DNA from: Candidatus Limnocylindrales bacterium
Lineage (GTDB): Bacteria; Chloroflexota; Limnocylindria; Limnocylindrales; CSP1-4
Assembly (NCBI GenBank): GCA_046704485.1
Contig: JBJKRU010000229.1
Location: forward strand, 1-39,863
Length of the DNA stretch: 39,863 nucleotides
Reading direction: 5' to 3'
A model generated the notes under the pieces. It had not been told where the DNA came from. It made no database searches and saw nothing but the letters and a program-made list of their open reading frames with translations. This document shows positions 27,742 to 37,482 of the stretch, one piece after another; the first letter of the stretch is position 1, and every line of letters starts with the position of its first letter. A program made the position numbers and the translations under genes.

Positions 27742-28943
27742 GCGCACGCGCAGGGACACCGCATCTGCGCGTAGCCCTCGTCTACGACGCGCTCTACCCC
27801 CACAGTCACGGCGGCGCCGAGCGGCGCTTCCACGAGCTCGCCACTCGTCTCGCAGACCGATATGAGGTCCACATGCTGAGCTGGCAATACGGTCCAGGCA
27901 GCGACGACGTGCCCGGGATCCGTTACGACGGCGTGGGACGCGCCCCGGACTTCTATGGCGATGACGGACGCCGGACAGTCCGGGAGGCTGTGGGCTTCGC
28001 CCGACGCATCCTGCCCACGCTCATCCGCGGGCGCTTCGACGTCATCGACTGCTCGGCGACACCGTACCTGCCCGCCTACAGCACGGCGCTGGCGGCCCGC
28101 ATGACAGGCTCTGCAGTCGTGGTCACCTGGCACGAGGTGTGGGACGACTACTGGCTGGACTACCTGCGAGGTCGGCCTGTCGTGGCGGCCGCCGCCCGAC
28201 ACATCGAGCGCGCTGCTCGCCGGATCGGGACTCGCGCCGTCGCCGTCTCGTCCTTCACGGCTGACCGTCTGGCCGCGGCCGGCCCTGGGCCGGCGATCGA
28301 GGTGGTCCCCAACGGGGCGCCGCTCGCCGCCATCGCCGCGGCGCGACCGGTCCTGCCCGGCGCTGACGTCCTGTTCGTCGGACGCCTCATCGCCGACAAG
28401 CGCGTCGACTGCCTGCTCGGAGCGATGGCACGAGTCCGTGCCCACCGTCCGGACGCGTCCTGCGCCATCATCGGCGACGGCCCCGAGCGGGGGCGCCTCG
28501 AGGCGCGCTCGCGCGCCCTCGGGCTGGAGGGCTCCGTCAGGTTCCTCGGACGCGTCGACGAGGTCACGGTCCTGGGTCGCATGAAGTCAGCAGCTCTTCT
28601 GGCCGTGCCGTCGGTGCGCGAGGGCTTCGGGATCACCGTCGTCGAGGCACAGGCGGCGGGCGCCGTGCCGATCGTGGCCCGTAGCCCGATGAGTGGCGCG
28701 CCAGCTCTGGTGCGTGACGGCGTGGACGGGATGGTGTGCGAGCCCAGCGCGATTGCCTTCGCGGCCGCAATCGAAGCACTCCTTGCGGACCCCGCGCGCC
28801 GGGCCAGGATGAGCGCAGCCGCCCGGCAGGCCGCGGGCGCCTACGACTGGAACATCGCCGCCGAGCACATGGCTCGGATCTACGACTCGCTGGCTGGCAG
28901 TCGACAAGCGGCGCGCGACAACCGGGCCGCCAACCGTGGCTGA
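27738..28943 (+). CDS. GT4 (GT-B) glycosyltransferase
   Basis: ATGA overlap with the GT2 gene. Motifs GGAERR, VVPNG, LFVGRL...K and PS.REGFGI...EA. Confidence 0.92.
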   Translation: MSARAGTPHLRVALVYDALYPHSHGGAERRFHELATRLADRYEVHMLSWQYGPGSDDVPGIRYDGVGRAPDFYGDDGRRTVREAVGFARRILPTLIRGRFDVIDCSATPYLPAYSTALAARMTGSAVVVTWHEVWDDYWLDYLRGRPVVAAAARHIERAARRIGTRAVAVSSFTADRLAAAGPGPAIEVVPNGAPLAAIAAARPVLPGADVLFVGRLIADKRVDCLLGAMARVRAHRPDASCAIIGDGPERGRLEARSRALGLEGSVRFLGRVDEVTVLGRMKSAALLAVPSVREGFGITVVEAQAAGAVPIVARSPMSGAPALVRDGVDGMVCEPSAIAFAAAIEALLADPARRARMSAAARQAAGAYDWNIAAEHMARIYDSLAGSRQAARDNRAANRG

Positions 28944-31131
28944 GGCGCCCGCGGAATTGAGGGCTCGTGAGGAGGGGAACGCCTGGAGCCTCGCGGGGGC
29001 GCTCGACCGGAGCGCTCTTCTCGTGGCGGCCGCCATCGGCATCGGGGTAGCCGCGCTCGTGGCCAGTACCGAGATCGGCTCGGGCGATTACGGCCAATGG
29101 CTCATGACGTCCCGCCCCGATCTCGCGCTCCCCGTGCCCGCCTATCGGAACCTGGGCGATGTGCCACCGCTCGTCCCGGCCCTCATCGCCGCGGTCGGCC
29201 GCGTCGTGCCAGATCCCTTCATCGCGCTCCAGACCACGGCTGTCGGCCTCCTCCTGCTGCTTGCGGCGGGGGTGTACCTGGCAGCGAGCGCATCGGCCGG
29301 CAGCCGGCTCGCTGGCGTCGTGGCGCTCGCGCTCGCCTTCCTGGCGACCGACGGGTTCACGGGGCTGTTCGCGTTTGGCGGGCTGCTCCAGGCGGCGGCG
29401 CTCGCCTTCATGCTGCTCGCCATCGCCGCCTTCGCCAGGGCGCCGATGGCGGGCCGGGCGTCCTGGGTCCTCTGGGTTGCGGGGAGCCTCTGCCTGGCGC
29501 TCGCGGCGCTGTCCCATCTCGCGACCGGCGCGCTCGCGATGGCGTCCGGCGGCATGGTCGCCCTGGCCAGCGTGGCCCGGATGCCGGGCGGCTGGCGTGC
29601 CCGCCTGCGGGAGCTGGTCCCGATCGGCGTGTGCCTGATCGCCGTCGGGACGTGGTGGGTGATCGTCCTGCTGCCAAGCGCCCCGGCGTACGTGGACAAC
29701 CCTGCCAGCCTCAACTACCGCGGCCCGGACCAACTTGTCGCGCTTCTGGTTGGGAGCCCCGCAACGGCTGGTGTGGTGGCAGTGGGCTCGGCGAGCCTCG
29801 TGCTCGGGCTCATCGTGGAGCTCGTCTGGCGCCGGTGCGCGGGGCCGTTCCTCGTCATTGCCGCATGGACGGCGGCGGTTGGCGGCGCCTGCGTCGCGTC
29901 CGTCGCTGGCGGCGCGGCCACTGACTATCCGCGCTTCCTGACGCCGCTTCTCGCGCCGCTGGTGGTGGCCGCCGCCGCGGGAATCGTGTCCGCCGCCACG
30001 TGGGCCGCCGACGCGCTCAGGCGACGCGGGCTTCCGCTCAGCCGCGGGCTGGGGCTCGTCGCGGTCACACTCCTCGTTCTCGCCGACGCCCCGAGCGCCG
30101 ACGCCGCCTATCGCGAGCAGGCGCGCGGCTACCAGCTCACCGACCAGGGTGGACTGAGCGCGGCAGCAGCGTGGATCAACACCCATATCCCGGAGAACGC
30201 CACCGTGCTCGCCACTGCTCGAGCGGGCAAGTGGCTCGAGGGGCTGACCGGCCGGCCGTCCCTCTTCAATCTCCCAACCCGGTACAGCTTCCAGAGCGGC
30301 GAGTGGGCCCGAAGTGTCGCGGCCGATGTGCTGCTGCGCAGCGACGGCGCCCTGACCAACGGCGACTTCGTCGTGAGATTCCTCGGCGGCGGGCCCTGCG
30401 GGCCGGTGAGGGTGCCCGACACGCTGGCGATCGACGCCAATCACCACGGGGAGTACATCGACCTGCTGACGGTCTCGGCGGCCGACAGCCGGATCATGGG
30501 CCCGGGCGGACTCCTGGCAACCGTGGGCAACCTGCCTGCGGCAGCCGCCCCGCCCTCGGGGTCGGCGCCCGACAACGCGCGCGGCGTGGTGGCCTGGAGC
30601 GGCGAGCGGATGGGCGCTGACGTGACGTTCCACGAGGCGGTCTCGCTCCTGGCTGACGCGTCCACGACGGAGGTGGACGGGGTTGCCACCTCGCCGCTCG
30701 CGATCAGCGGGCTCGCTACGACGCTCCGGCCGGCCAGCGGGGTGGCGATCACCGGGTTGTCAATCGACGGGTCGGTCGCCCGCGTCACGTTCACGCAGCT
30801 CGGGCAGACCGACCCCGTGCTCCGGATCTCGGTCGCCAACGGCGGCGCGCTTCGCCCAGCGGCGGGGGGCGGGATCGAGGTCGAATCGCCCGGTCCCCGG
30901 ATCCGTCTCCTTGTGACCGACATGACTGCCTCCTCAACGCCGATCGCCCCGCTCGGCCTCGACTGCCCGGCCGCCCTCAGATCGACCTACGGTGTGGGGG
31001 CCGCCGTGATCACGCGCGACGGCTCCTTCGCCGCGCGGGCGTCGAGGATGCGCGCGCTGGCCCTCACCGAGGAGCACGACTTCGGCGCGTACGCGCTGTT
31101 CGCGCTACCGGCGCTGGCGGCCAAGCCGTGA
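28936..31131 (+). CDS. multi-pass membrane protein of GT-C-like architecture with a large C-terminal extracytoplasmic domain
   Basis: First-loop GSGDYGQW, about 12 hydrophobic helices and a YPRF motif, then AAWINTHIPENATVLA....GKWLEGLTGR followed by a beta-rich domain. Confidence 0.7.
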   Translation: MAEAPAELRAREEGNAWSLAGALDRSALLVAAAIGIGVAALVASTEIGSGDYGQWLMTSRPDLALPVPAYRNLGDVPPLVPALIAAVGRVVPDPFIALQTTAVGLLLLLAAGVYLAASASAGSRLAGVVALALAFLATDGFTGLFAFGGLLQAAALAFMLLAIAAFARAPMAGRASWVLWVAGSLCLALAALSHLATGALAMASGGMVALASVARMPGGWRARLRELVPIGVCLIAVGTWWVIVLLPSAPAYVDNPASLNYRGPDQLVALLVGSPATAGVVAVGSASLVLGLIVELVWRRCAGPFLVIAAWTAAVGGACVASVAGGAATDYPRFLTPLLAPLVVAAAAGIVSAATWAADALRRRGLPLSRGLGLVAVTLLVLADAPSADAAYREQARGYQLTDQGGLSAAAAWINTHIPENATVLATARAGKWLEGLTGRPSLFNLPTRYSFQSGEWARSVAADVLLRSDGALTNGDFVVRFLGGGPCGPVRVPDTLAIDANHHGEYIDLLTVSAADSRIMGPGGLLATVGNLPAAAAPPSGSAPDNARGVVAWSGERMGADVTFHEAVSLLADASTTEVDGVATSPLAISGLATTLRPASGVAITGLSIDGSVARVTFTQLGQTDPVLRISVANGGALRPAAGGGIEVESPGPRIRLLVTDMTASSTPIAPLGLDCPAALRSTYGVGAAVITRDGSFAARASRMRALALTEEHDFGAYALFALPALAAKP

Positions 31132-32150
31132 GGACGGCCTCGAGTTCGGTTCTGCCGCCGCTGCCCGCGCCGCTCCTCGTGCTGGGCGCCTACGGCTACC
31201 GGAACGCGGGCGACGAGGCGGTGCTCGCGGGACTGCTTGCCGAACTGGGCTCCGCCACGCCCGTGACCGTCGTGTCACGCAGCCCTGTCGAGACGACGAT
31301 GCTCCACGGGGTGCCCGCCGTTGGCCTGGTGGGCCTGCCGAGAGCCCTGGGCCGGAGCCGATCGCTGCTGATCGGCGGTGGCGGGTTGTTCGGCAACGGG
31401 ATGGGCCGACTGGGGCAGCTGATCGCGCCGATCGGGCTGCTGGCCGCGGCTGGAGGGCGTCGGGTCGCGATCACGGGCGTCGGGGTCGACGCCGACATCC
31501 CCATTGCCACCGTGGCCGCGCTCCGCCTTCTCGCCCCGCGCCTGGCCGGCTTGGGCGTTCGCGACTCCGGCTCGGCGACCGTCCTGGCCGGGTGGGGGAT
31601 CGAGGCGGTTGTCGGTGACGATCTCTCGGAGGCCATGGTGGCCGCTCCCGCCGAGGAGGGCCGGGCACTTCTCGCGGCGGCGGGCATCGGCTTCGACCGC
31701 CCGATCGTCGGCCTCTGCGTCTCGTCCCTCGGCGACGAAGCGTTCGTACTCCAGCTCGAGGCGGCGATCGGGTTCCTCCTGCGCGAGGTGCCCACCGTCG
31801 AGTACTGCCTCATCCCCCTGAGCCAGCACCCGTTCGTGCCCGGCCACAACGACCTCTTGCTGGCGCGGCGCCTGCGTCGCGCATCACCCCGGCTCGCAGT
31901 CCTCGAGGACACGGGCGATCCGGCACGCCTGGTCGCCGCGTTCGCCTTCCTCTCCGCCGTCGTCAGCACCAGGTATCACGGCCTGCGCTTCGCCGCTCGG
32001 GCCGGCGTGCCGGTTGTGGGGATCGGGGCGACCGCGAAGGTCCGGCACTGGCTCGCCGAGCGCGGGCAGGTGCCGACACCCCTCTCGGGCGCCCACGTCA
32101 CGCATGCCGTCCGCTCGGCCCTGGAGAGGTCGGTCCAGTGGTCCGCCTGA
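31128..32150 (+). CDS. polysaccharide pyruvyl transferase family (CsaB-like)
   Basis: GAYGYRNAGDEA, IGGGGLF, VRD..S and RYHG motifs. GTGA overlap with the upstream gene. Confidence 0.88.
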   Translation: MRTASSSVLPPLPAPLLVLGAYGYRNAGDEAVLAGLLAELGSATPVTVVSRSPVETTMLHGVPAVGLVGLPRALGRSRSLLIGGGGLFGNGMGRLGQLIAPIGLLAAAGGRRVAITGVGVDADIPIATVAALRLLAPRLAGLGVRDSGSATVLAGWGIEAVVGDDLSEAMVAAPAEEGRALLAAAGIGFDRPIVGLCVSSLGDEAFVLQLEAAIGFLLREVPTVEYCLIPLSQHPFVPGHNDLLLARRLRRASPRLAVLEDTGDPARLVAAFAFLSAVVSTRYHGLRFAARAGVPVVGIGATAKVRHWLAERGQVPTPLSGAHVTHAVRSALERSVQWSA

Positions 32151-33088
32151 CCCATCCCCACCTCTTGGCGGCCGCCCGGTGGGCCCGGTGGGCTGTGGGC
32201 CTCCTCTTGGTGGCGGTCGTGCTCGGACACTTCGACCTCGGCGCGGTTGCGGCGGCCATCGGCCATGCCGACGCACCGCTGGCGATCGCGGCGATCGCCG
32301 CCCTTGTCGCCATGCAGGTCGTGGGCGCGGCCGCCTGGCACGCCCTGTCGCGCCGCCTCGGCGGCGCGCTGTCCTGGGCCGCGGCGCTGCGCGCCTATTA
32401 CATCGCCCAGGCGATTGGCAACCTCACTCCGGCCAACATCGGTGGCGACGCCTATCGCATCCACGCCACGCGGGAGAACGGCTGGGCCCGGAGCCTGACC
32501 CCGATCCTGGTCCAGCGTGTGACCAGCGTGACCGCCCTCGGAGTCCTCGCGCTCGTCGGCCTGGCCGCCCTGCCGCCGTGGCCCGCCCAGACGCTGGTTG
32601 TGGGCGCAGTGATCGTCGCGTCTGTTGGCGCCTCAGGAGCTGCCCTCCTCATCGCGCGCCGAACGGCTCGCGTCGTGGGCGGCGATCGCGGCGGACAGGC
32701 CACGCCGTCGCGACTCATCGCGGCATGGGGCGTCGGCACCGGTTTCGGGCTGTGCCTGCACGCTGGCAGCATCGCCTGCATGTTCGCCATCGCCGTTGCC
32801 GTCGACCCGTCGTCGCTGCAGCCCGGCGCCCTCGCGTCGCTCGCGGTTGCTCGTCTCGCCATCCTCGTGCCGCTGTCGCCGGCGGGCCTCGGGATTGGCG
32901 AGGGTGCGCTCTCGCTCCTGTTCCCGCGGATCGGCCTTCCGGCGGAGGTTGCGCTCGCAACCGCTCTGCTCGGGCGGGTGGCCCTCGTGGCCACCTCCCT
33001 GATCGGAGCTGTCCTCTGGGGGCGGACGCACTCGGGCACCCCGGCCCGGGAGCAAGAGCCCGAGCCGGGCGAGCGCTCAGTCGCCTAG
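32138..33088 (+). CDS. lysylphosphatidylglycerol-synthase TM-domain (flippase-like, UPF0104) protein
   Basis: Eight or so hydrophobic helices, NLTPANIGGDAYR and PLSPAGLGIGE. Confidence 0.85.
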   Translation: MVRLTHPHLLAAARWARWAVGLLLVAVVLGHFDLGAVAAAIGHADAPLAIAAIAALVAMQVVGAAAWHALSRRLGGALSWAAALRAYYIAQAIGNLTPANIGGDAYRIHATRENGWARSLTPILVQRVTSVTALGVLALVGLAALPPWPAQTLVVGAVIVASVGASGAALLIARRTARVVGGDRGGQATPSRLIAAWGVGTGFGLCLHAGSIACMFAIAVAVDPSSLQPGALASLAVARLAILVPLSPAGLGIGEGALSLLFPRIGLPAEVALATALLGRVALVATSLIGAVLWGRTHSGTPAREQEPEPGERSVA

Positions 33089-33143
33089 CGCGTACGAATC
33101 CGCGCCCGCGCAACTCTGGCATCGCCGAGCCGGGGTTGCCCGG

Positions 33144-33581
33144 CTAGATGTCCTCTCCGCGGCGCGGGATGCGGATGATCCCGAGCAGGAGGACCTCGAG
33201 CAGCGTCAAGCTGACGAGCGCCGTGATCGCGGCGGTGTCCAGGATCGAGACGCGTGCGAGGGTGGTCGCGCGGAACATGCCCTCGAATGGATCCACCAAT
33301 GGCTGGGTGGCATTGAGGACGGCCGCGACGATCTCGTTGCCTCGGACGGCGCCGAGGTCTTCAAGCATGATCCGGAGGACCAGCAGCACCTGCGCAGCAC
33401 CGAACAGCACTGCCACGATGCGGGCGGCAACGGTGGACCTTGACGGCGGAAGAGCGGTCCTGTCGCGCTGGTCCACGATCTGATTGACGACAGCTTCCGG
33501 CGGGGCTTCAGTGCTCGGGGCCGGCTGCTCCGTCGCTCGGGGACGAAGCTCGGCGGCGGCGTGTGCGTGATCGTGGGTCAT
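33144..33581 (-). CDS. YggT family membrane protein
   Basis: AAGGAGGT RBS and LLVLRI....GA...N.IV..V...TQPLVDPF pattern. Confidence 0.75.
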   Translation of the reverse strand: MTHDHAHAAAELRPRATEQPAPSTEAPPEAVVNQIVDQRDRTALPPSRSTVAARIVAVLFGAAQVLLVLRIMLEDLGAVRGNEIVAAVLNATQPLVDPFEGMFRATTLARVSILDTAAITALVSLTLLEVLLLGIIRIPRRGEDI

Positions 33582-33633
33582 CACCCATCACCTCCTTGAC
33601 TTGGCGGCGTGGTAGGCACCTCAAGCCGAGACA

Positions 33634-33810
33634 TCAAGAGGGGCTCGGGGCTGCAGACGTGTACGGCGCTGCCGAGATCGACGGCGCCGCGCTTCCAGCG
33701 GGCAATGCGCTTCCGCCAGGCAGCCCCACCGATGGCGACGCGGTCGTCGGCGAGCACGCCGCCAGGACCGAAGACGCCACGAGGAGGAAGAGGAACAGGA
33801 GACGCTTCAT
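33634..33810 (-). CDS. small Ser/Pro/Ala-rich lipoprotein (58 aa)
   Basis: GGGAG RBS and MKR + hydrophobic core + lipobox LAAC, followed by a low-complexity mature chain. Confidence 0.72.
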   Translation of the reverse strand: MKRLLFLFLLVASSVLAACSPTTASPSVGLPGGSALPAGSAAPSISAAPYTSAAPSPS

Positions 33811-33981
33811 AGCACCAACTCCCGGACGTCGCCCGAGTGGGCGAAAGGGAGGACCAGCGGGCGCAGGTCCGTTGACAGCTGCCAACCTAGGCGTGCCTGC
33901 GGGGCGCCATCGCATCAGCGGCTTGGCGTTCCCTTACAGGGGCCTGTCATGCTGGTCCGGCGTGCGAACGGCCGGACGGTG

Positions 33982-36534
33982 CTACGCCGCGTCGTCTTGC
34001 GGTGGAGTGGCGTCAGGATGTCGCGGCAGCGCGAAGGCGAACTCACTGCCGCCGCTGTCGGGCGAAGTGGCGCTGATCCGACCGCCCATCGCCTCCACCA
34101 GACGTCGCGACACATACAGGCCGATTCCGGCGCCACTGGCAAGGCCGGCAGTCGAGGGGGACCGGTAGAAGGGGTCGAAGACCTTCTCGTTCTCGGCCGG
34201 GGCGAGCCCCGGACCCTCGTCCCTGACCGCGACCTCCACGCCGTCGGGAACTGCCCGGATGGCCACCTTCACGCGGCCACCTACGGGGCTGTACTTGGCT
34301 GCGTTCGAGAGGAGGTTCCGGACCACTTGCGAGATGGCGGTCTCGTCGCCCCCCACCGTCGCAAGGTTCGGCTCCGACTGGCAGCTGAACTCCACCGCAG
34401 GCCACCGATTGGCCTCGGAGTCCAGGACCGCGGGCACAAGGTGCTGCAGGAGGACCGGATGCGATCCGAGCTCGATCCCCTCATCGAATCTCGCGAGCAC
34501 CATCAGGTCCTCGATGAGCCGATACAGTCGATTGGCCTCGGCGGCGACATCGGTCAGGATCTCGTCCGCCACCTCGGGTTTGAGCGTGCGGCCCGGGCGC
34601 GTGAGCACCGCCGCCGCGGCGTAGATGGTGGTGACCGGCGTGCGGAGCTCGTGCGACAGCAGGCCCAGGAAGGTCTCTCGCAGTGCCTGACCGCGCCGGA
34701 ATGCTGTCACGTCGCGGCAGGCGACGACGACCGTGGCCGCACCCAGCTCCGACGACGGCTCGACGCGATAGCTGGACACTTCCACCCATGCATTGGGCTT
34801 GGCGCGGAGGCGGAGCTCGGTGGGACGCTCGGGCAGGGCTTTGACGCTGTTCCCGGCGGAGTCCAGAAGCCGATCGAGCAGCGCGTCAAGGGTGGCGACT
34901 GGCTCGCCGAGCATCTGTGTCGCTGCTCGGTTCGACGAGCGGACGACGCCGCTCGGGTCGGCAATGAGGAAGCCTTCCCCGACGGCGCCCAGGACCGCCT
35001 CGATCTCTGCCGCGCGCCTGCGATCGAGCTCGGCCAGCTCCTCCACCTTCTGGTGCAGCCGCGCGTTCTCCAGCGCACGCCCGGCGCGTCGGCCGAGTTC
35101 CTCGCCGATGTTCAGCTCCGCCAGTTCGAACGGGCGGTCCGAATGGCGGATGAAGGTCAGCACGCCCCAAGTGGACCCTTGGACGGCGAGCGGAAGCTGG
35201 AGCATCCACCCGGGCGCCAGTTCTTCCAGCACCACCTGGTCGTGCGGCATGTCGGCGAGCTGGGCGATGGCATCGGAGTCGAGGTGGTGGGCAACGGCAT
35301 GGCCCAGTTCCAGCATCGCCGCGCTGCGGCCCATCTGGGCGACCGCGAGCGGGTGGCGCTCCAGCTCGACTCCCGCCGCCTGCAGCGTGCGGTCGTGTGT
35401 GAACACGATGCGACGAGGTCCGCTTGGCTCGTCGAGGTCGAGCACACCCACGTCCCCGAGTTGCGGGATGGCGATCTTCGGCAAGACCCGCACGAGGTCC
35501 TCGTAGTCGATGGTGGTCCCGAGGGTCCGTCCCGCGTCGGCCAGGACATTCAGGAAGCCGGTGGCGGCCTCGGCCCGTCGGAGTGCCGCGACGTTCGCTG
35601 CGAACATGCGATGCCGGTCGAGCGCGGCCGTGCCCACCCGCGCGAGGGCCGCGATGAAGGCTCGTCGGTCTGCGGCAAGGGGATGCGCGCGAGCCCAGGT
35701 GAACGCCAGGACCCCTGGACCCGATGGCAGCTGCATCGACACCGCGGCCACCGCTGGGCCCGCCGCTTGCCCCGACGGAGTCATGCCGTCGTCGAAGTGA
35801 GGCTTCGCCGTCTGCGCCACCGCCAGTAGCGGCGCCTCGACCCCCTCCGGCAGTGGGGCGTCGGCCCGGGCGCCGGCCGTCTGGCTCACGACGACCCGCA
35901 GCCCGGCGCCCCCCTCCGCCGGGACCCCGACCAGGGCGGTGTCGGCCTGCAGGGCGACGGCGCCGCGTTGGATCACAGCCTGGAGCATCTCGTCCGCCGT
36001 CTCCCCGTCCGCCAGTGCCGTCGCCAGGCGCTCGAGCGCATCCAGCCGGCGAGCGGCGGTGTTGGCGCGGTCGAGGACCTCCTCGGCCTCCTTGCGCGCG
36101 GCCACGGAACGGCGTTCGGCCCGAGCCCGCAACGCGGCGAGGGCGTCCACCAGCAGGCCGATCCCTGCCAGCAGCGCAAGTGTCAGGCGGTCGGCGCTTG
36201 TCGCGTCGATGAGCTGTCCGCGCTCGGCAGTGATGCCTGCGGCCTCGAGGCTGAGAGCGAGGGTAGTCGCCAAGAGGCCGGGTCCCGGTCCGCCGAACCA
36301 TGCCGCGATCACGATGGCCGCCACTGTCGGGAGGGCCGTCGCCCTTCCACCGAGGACAGGCATGAGGTCGACCTCGACCAGGACCGCCGCGGCCGGCGCG
36401 AGAACGGCGATCAGGAACGCCAGCAACCTGCGTGCCGACGGTGCGTGTCGCCGGAAGCGCCCGCTATCACGCGTCCGCAAGGCCGTGACCGTGTCAGACG
36501 ATGCCAACGCGGACAAGCTCGTCTGAGGATTCAC
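33982..36534 (-). CDS. sensor histidine kinase (KdpD-like membrane region, two GAF-like domains, PAS-like, HisKA, HATPase)
   Basis: H-box LSHELRTP, N-box NLLSNAAKYS, G1 DEGPG, F-box FDPFYR and G2 GAGIGL. The start is uncertain. Confidence 0.9.
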   Translation of the reverse strand: MNPQTSLSALASSDTVTALRTRDSGRFRRHAPSARRLLAFLIAVLAPAAAVLVEVDLMPVLGGRATALPTVAAIVIAAWFGGPGPGLLATTLALSLEAAGITAERGQLIDATSADRLTLALLAGIGLLVDALAALRARAERRSVAARKEAEEVLDRANTAARRLDALERLATALADGETADEMLQAVIQRGAVALQADTALVGVPAEGGAGLRVVVSQTAGARADAPLPEGVEAPLLAVAQTAKPHFDDGMTPSGQAAGPAVAAVSMQLPSGPGVLAFTWARAHPLAADRRAFIAALARVGTAALDRHRMFAANVAALRRAEAATGFLNVLADAGRTLGTTIDYEDLVRVLPKIAIPQLGDVGVLDLDEPSGPRRIVFTHDRTLQAAGVELERHPLAVAQMGRSAAMLELGHAVAHHLDSDAIAQLADMPHDQVVLEELAPGWMLQLPLAVQGSTWGVLTFIRHSDRPFELAELNIGEELGRRAGRALENARLHQKVEELAELDRRRAAEIEAVLGAVGEGFLIADPSGVVRSSNRAATQMLGEPVATLDALLDRLLDSAGNSVKALPERPTELRLRAKPNAWVEVSSYRVEPSSELGAATVVVACRDVTAFRRGQALRETFLGLLSHELRTPVTTIYAAAAVLTRPGRTLKPEVADEILTDVAAEANRLYRLIEDLMVLARFDEGIELGSHPVLLQHLVPAVLDSEANRWPAVEFSCQSEPNLATVGGDETAISQVVRNLLSNAAKYSPVGGRVKVAIRAVPDGVEVAVRDEGPGLAPAENEKVFDPFYRSPSTAGLASGAGIGLYVSRRLVEAMGGRISATSPDSGGSEFAFALPRHPDATPPQDDAA

Positions 36535-36564
36535 GGCCGCACCGAGTGAAGGAGGGCATCGCCC

Positions 36565-36843
36565 ATGCTCCCGCCCCTTCTCATCGCGCCCACCCGCCGA
36601 GCCACAAGACCAGCCTCGCGGTCACGTCGCCCGGCGGCCCTGGCGAGCCGGCGAGCCGGCCGCCGCCCCACGGACGAGCGACCGATGCGGATGCTCGAAA
36701 TCCTCTTGGCGAGTGGCGTGCTGGCTGGGAGCACCCTCATCGCGTTCATCCAGCCGGTCGACGGGAACACGGTGCGGGTCGCCGCCACCCTAGCGGGCGC
36801 TCTCGTCCTGCTAGTCGCAGCGCTGGTCGCGCTCTTGCGCTGA
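36565..36843 (+). CDS. small two-TM membrane protein with a basic N-terminus
   Basis: AAGGAGG at 36549 before the ATG, and two hydrophobic helices at the C-terminus. Confidence 0.6.
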   Translation: MLPPLLIAPTRRATRPASRSRRPAALASRRAGRRPTDERPMRMLEILLASGVLAGSTLIAFIQPVDGNTVRVAATLAGALVLLVAALVALLR

Positions 36844-37047
36844 CGGGTCCCGAGCAGAGCGCCGCGGCCGAGAGCCACGGCATCAGCGAGATCATGGTCG
36901 CGTCCTCCGCTGGACGGATGGCGAGACTGGACCCCCAGAAGGCCCCTGCACACAATGGCGGATGGGGCCTCGCGTTCATGCCGGGCGAAGGACGCAGCCC
37001 ATTACGGCCGCCTTGCGACGACCGATCTGCCGGGAGCCGACGACTCC

Positions 37048-37482
37048 TCAGGACGCTGTCGTAGGCGCTGACGTGGCCTCGGCGCACAGAATCTCGAGGA
37101 TGGCGCTGCTCAGGGATCTGGCGACCCGATCGGCCGGGCGATGCGCCAGGTCGTCAGTGTGGATGGGCGAGTCGACCAGGACGGTCCTGAGCCGCGGATG
37201 CTCGCGCTTGATCGCGCACCGGGCGGGGCTGTCGGTCACGAACCAGCCCGTCGTCATGGGATCAAGGTCGTGTAGCCACCCGTCCGGCGCGGCCTCCACC
37301 TGATAGCGGGGGTGGAGTGACGACTGCACAGCCTTGACCACGTCAGCCTCGCTGAGCAGCAGGACCTCGTGCCCGCTCGCCAGGAGATGGCCGACCATCC
37401 GAGCGGCGTCGTCGCGCAGGGTGAGGCGCTGCACGGGAGCAGCGATCGTCAGGACGCCGCTGTCGAGGTAGATCGTCGCCAT
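37048..37482 (-). CDS. hypothetical protein, degenerate HAD-like fold
   Basis: IYLD..., HLL.SGHEV.LLS, WFVTD, LRTVLV and PAD.VARSL echo a capless HAD core. Confidence 0.55.
   Translation of the reverse strand: MATIYLDSGVLTIAAPVQRLTLRDDAARMVGHLLASGHEVLLLSEADVVKAVQSSLHPRYQVEAAPDGWLHDLDPMTTGWFVTDSPARCAIKREHPRLRTVLVDSPIHTDDLAHRPADRVARSLSSAILEILCAEATSAPTTAS

Noticed and set aside
33896-33909. CCTGCGGGGCGCCA as an attR copy of the tRNA-Arg 3' end
   Set aside because: It is short, needs gaps to align and is GC-rich. No integrase is present.
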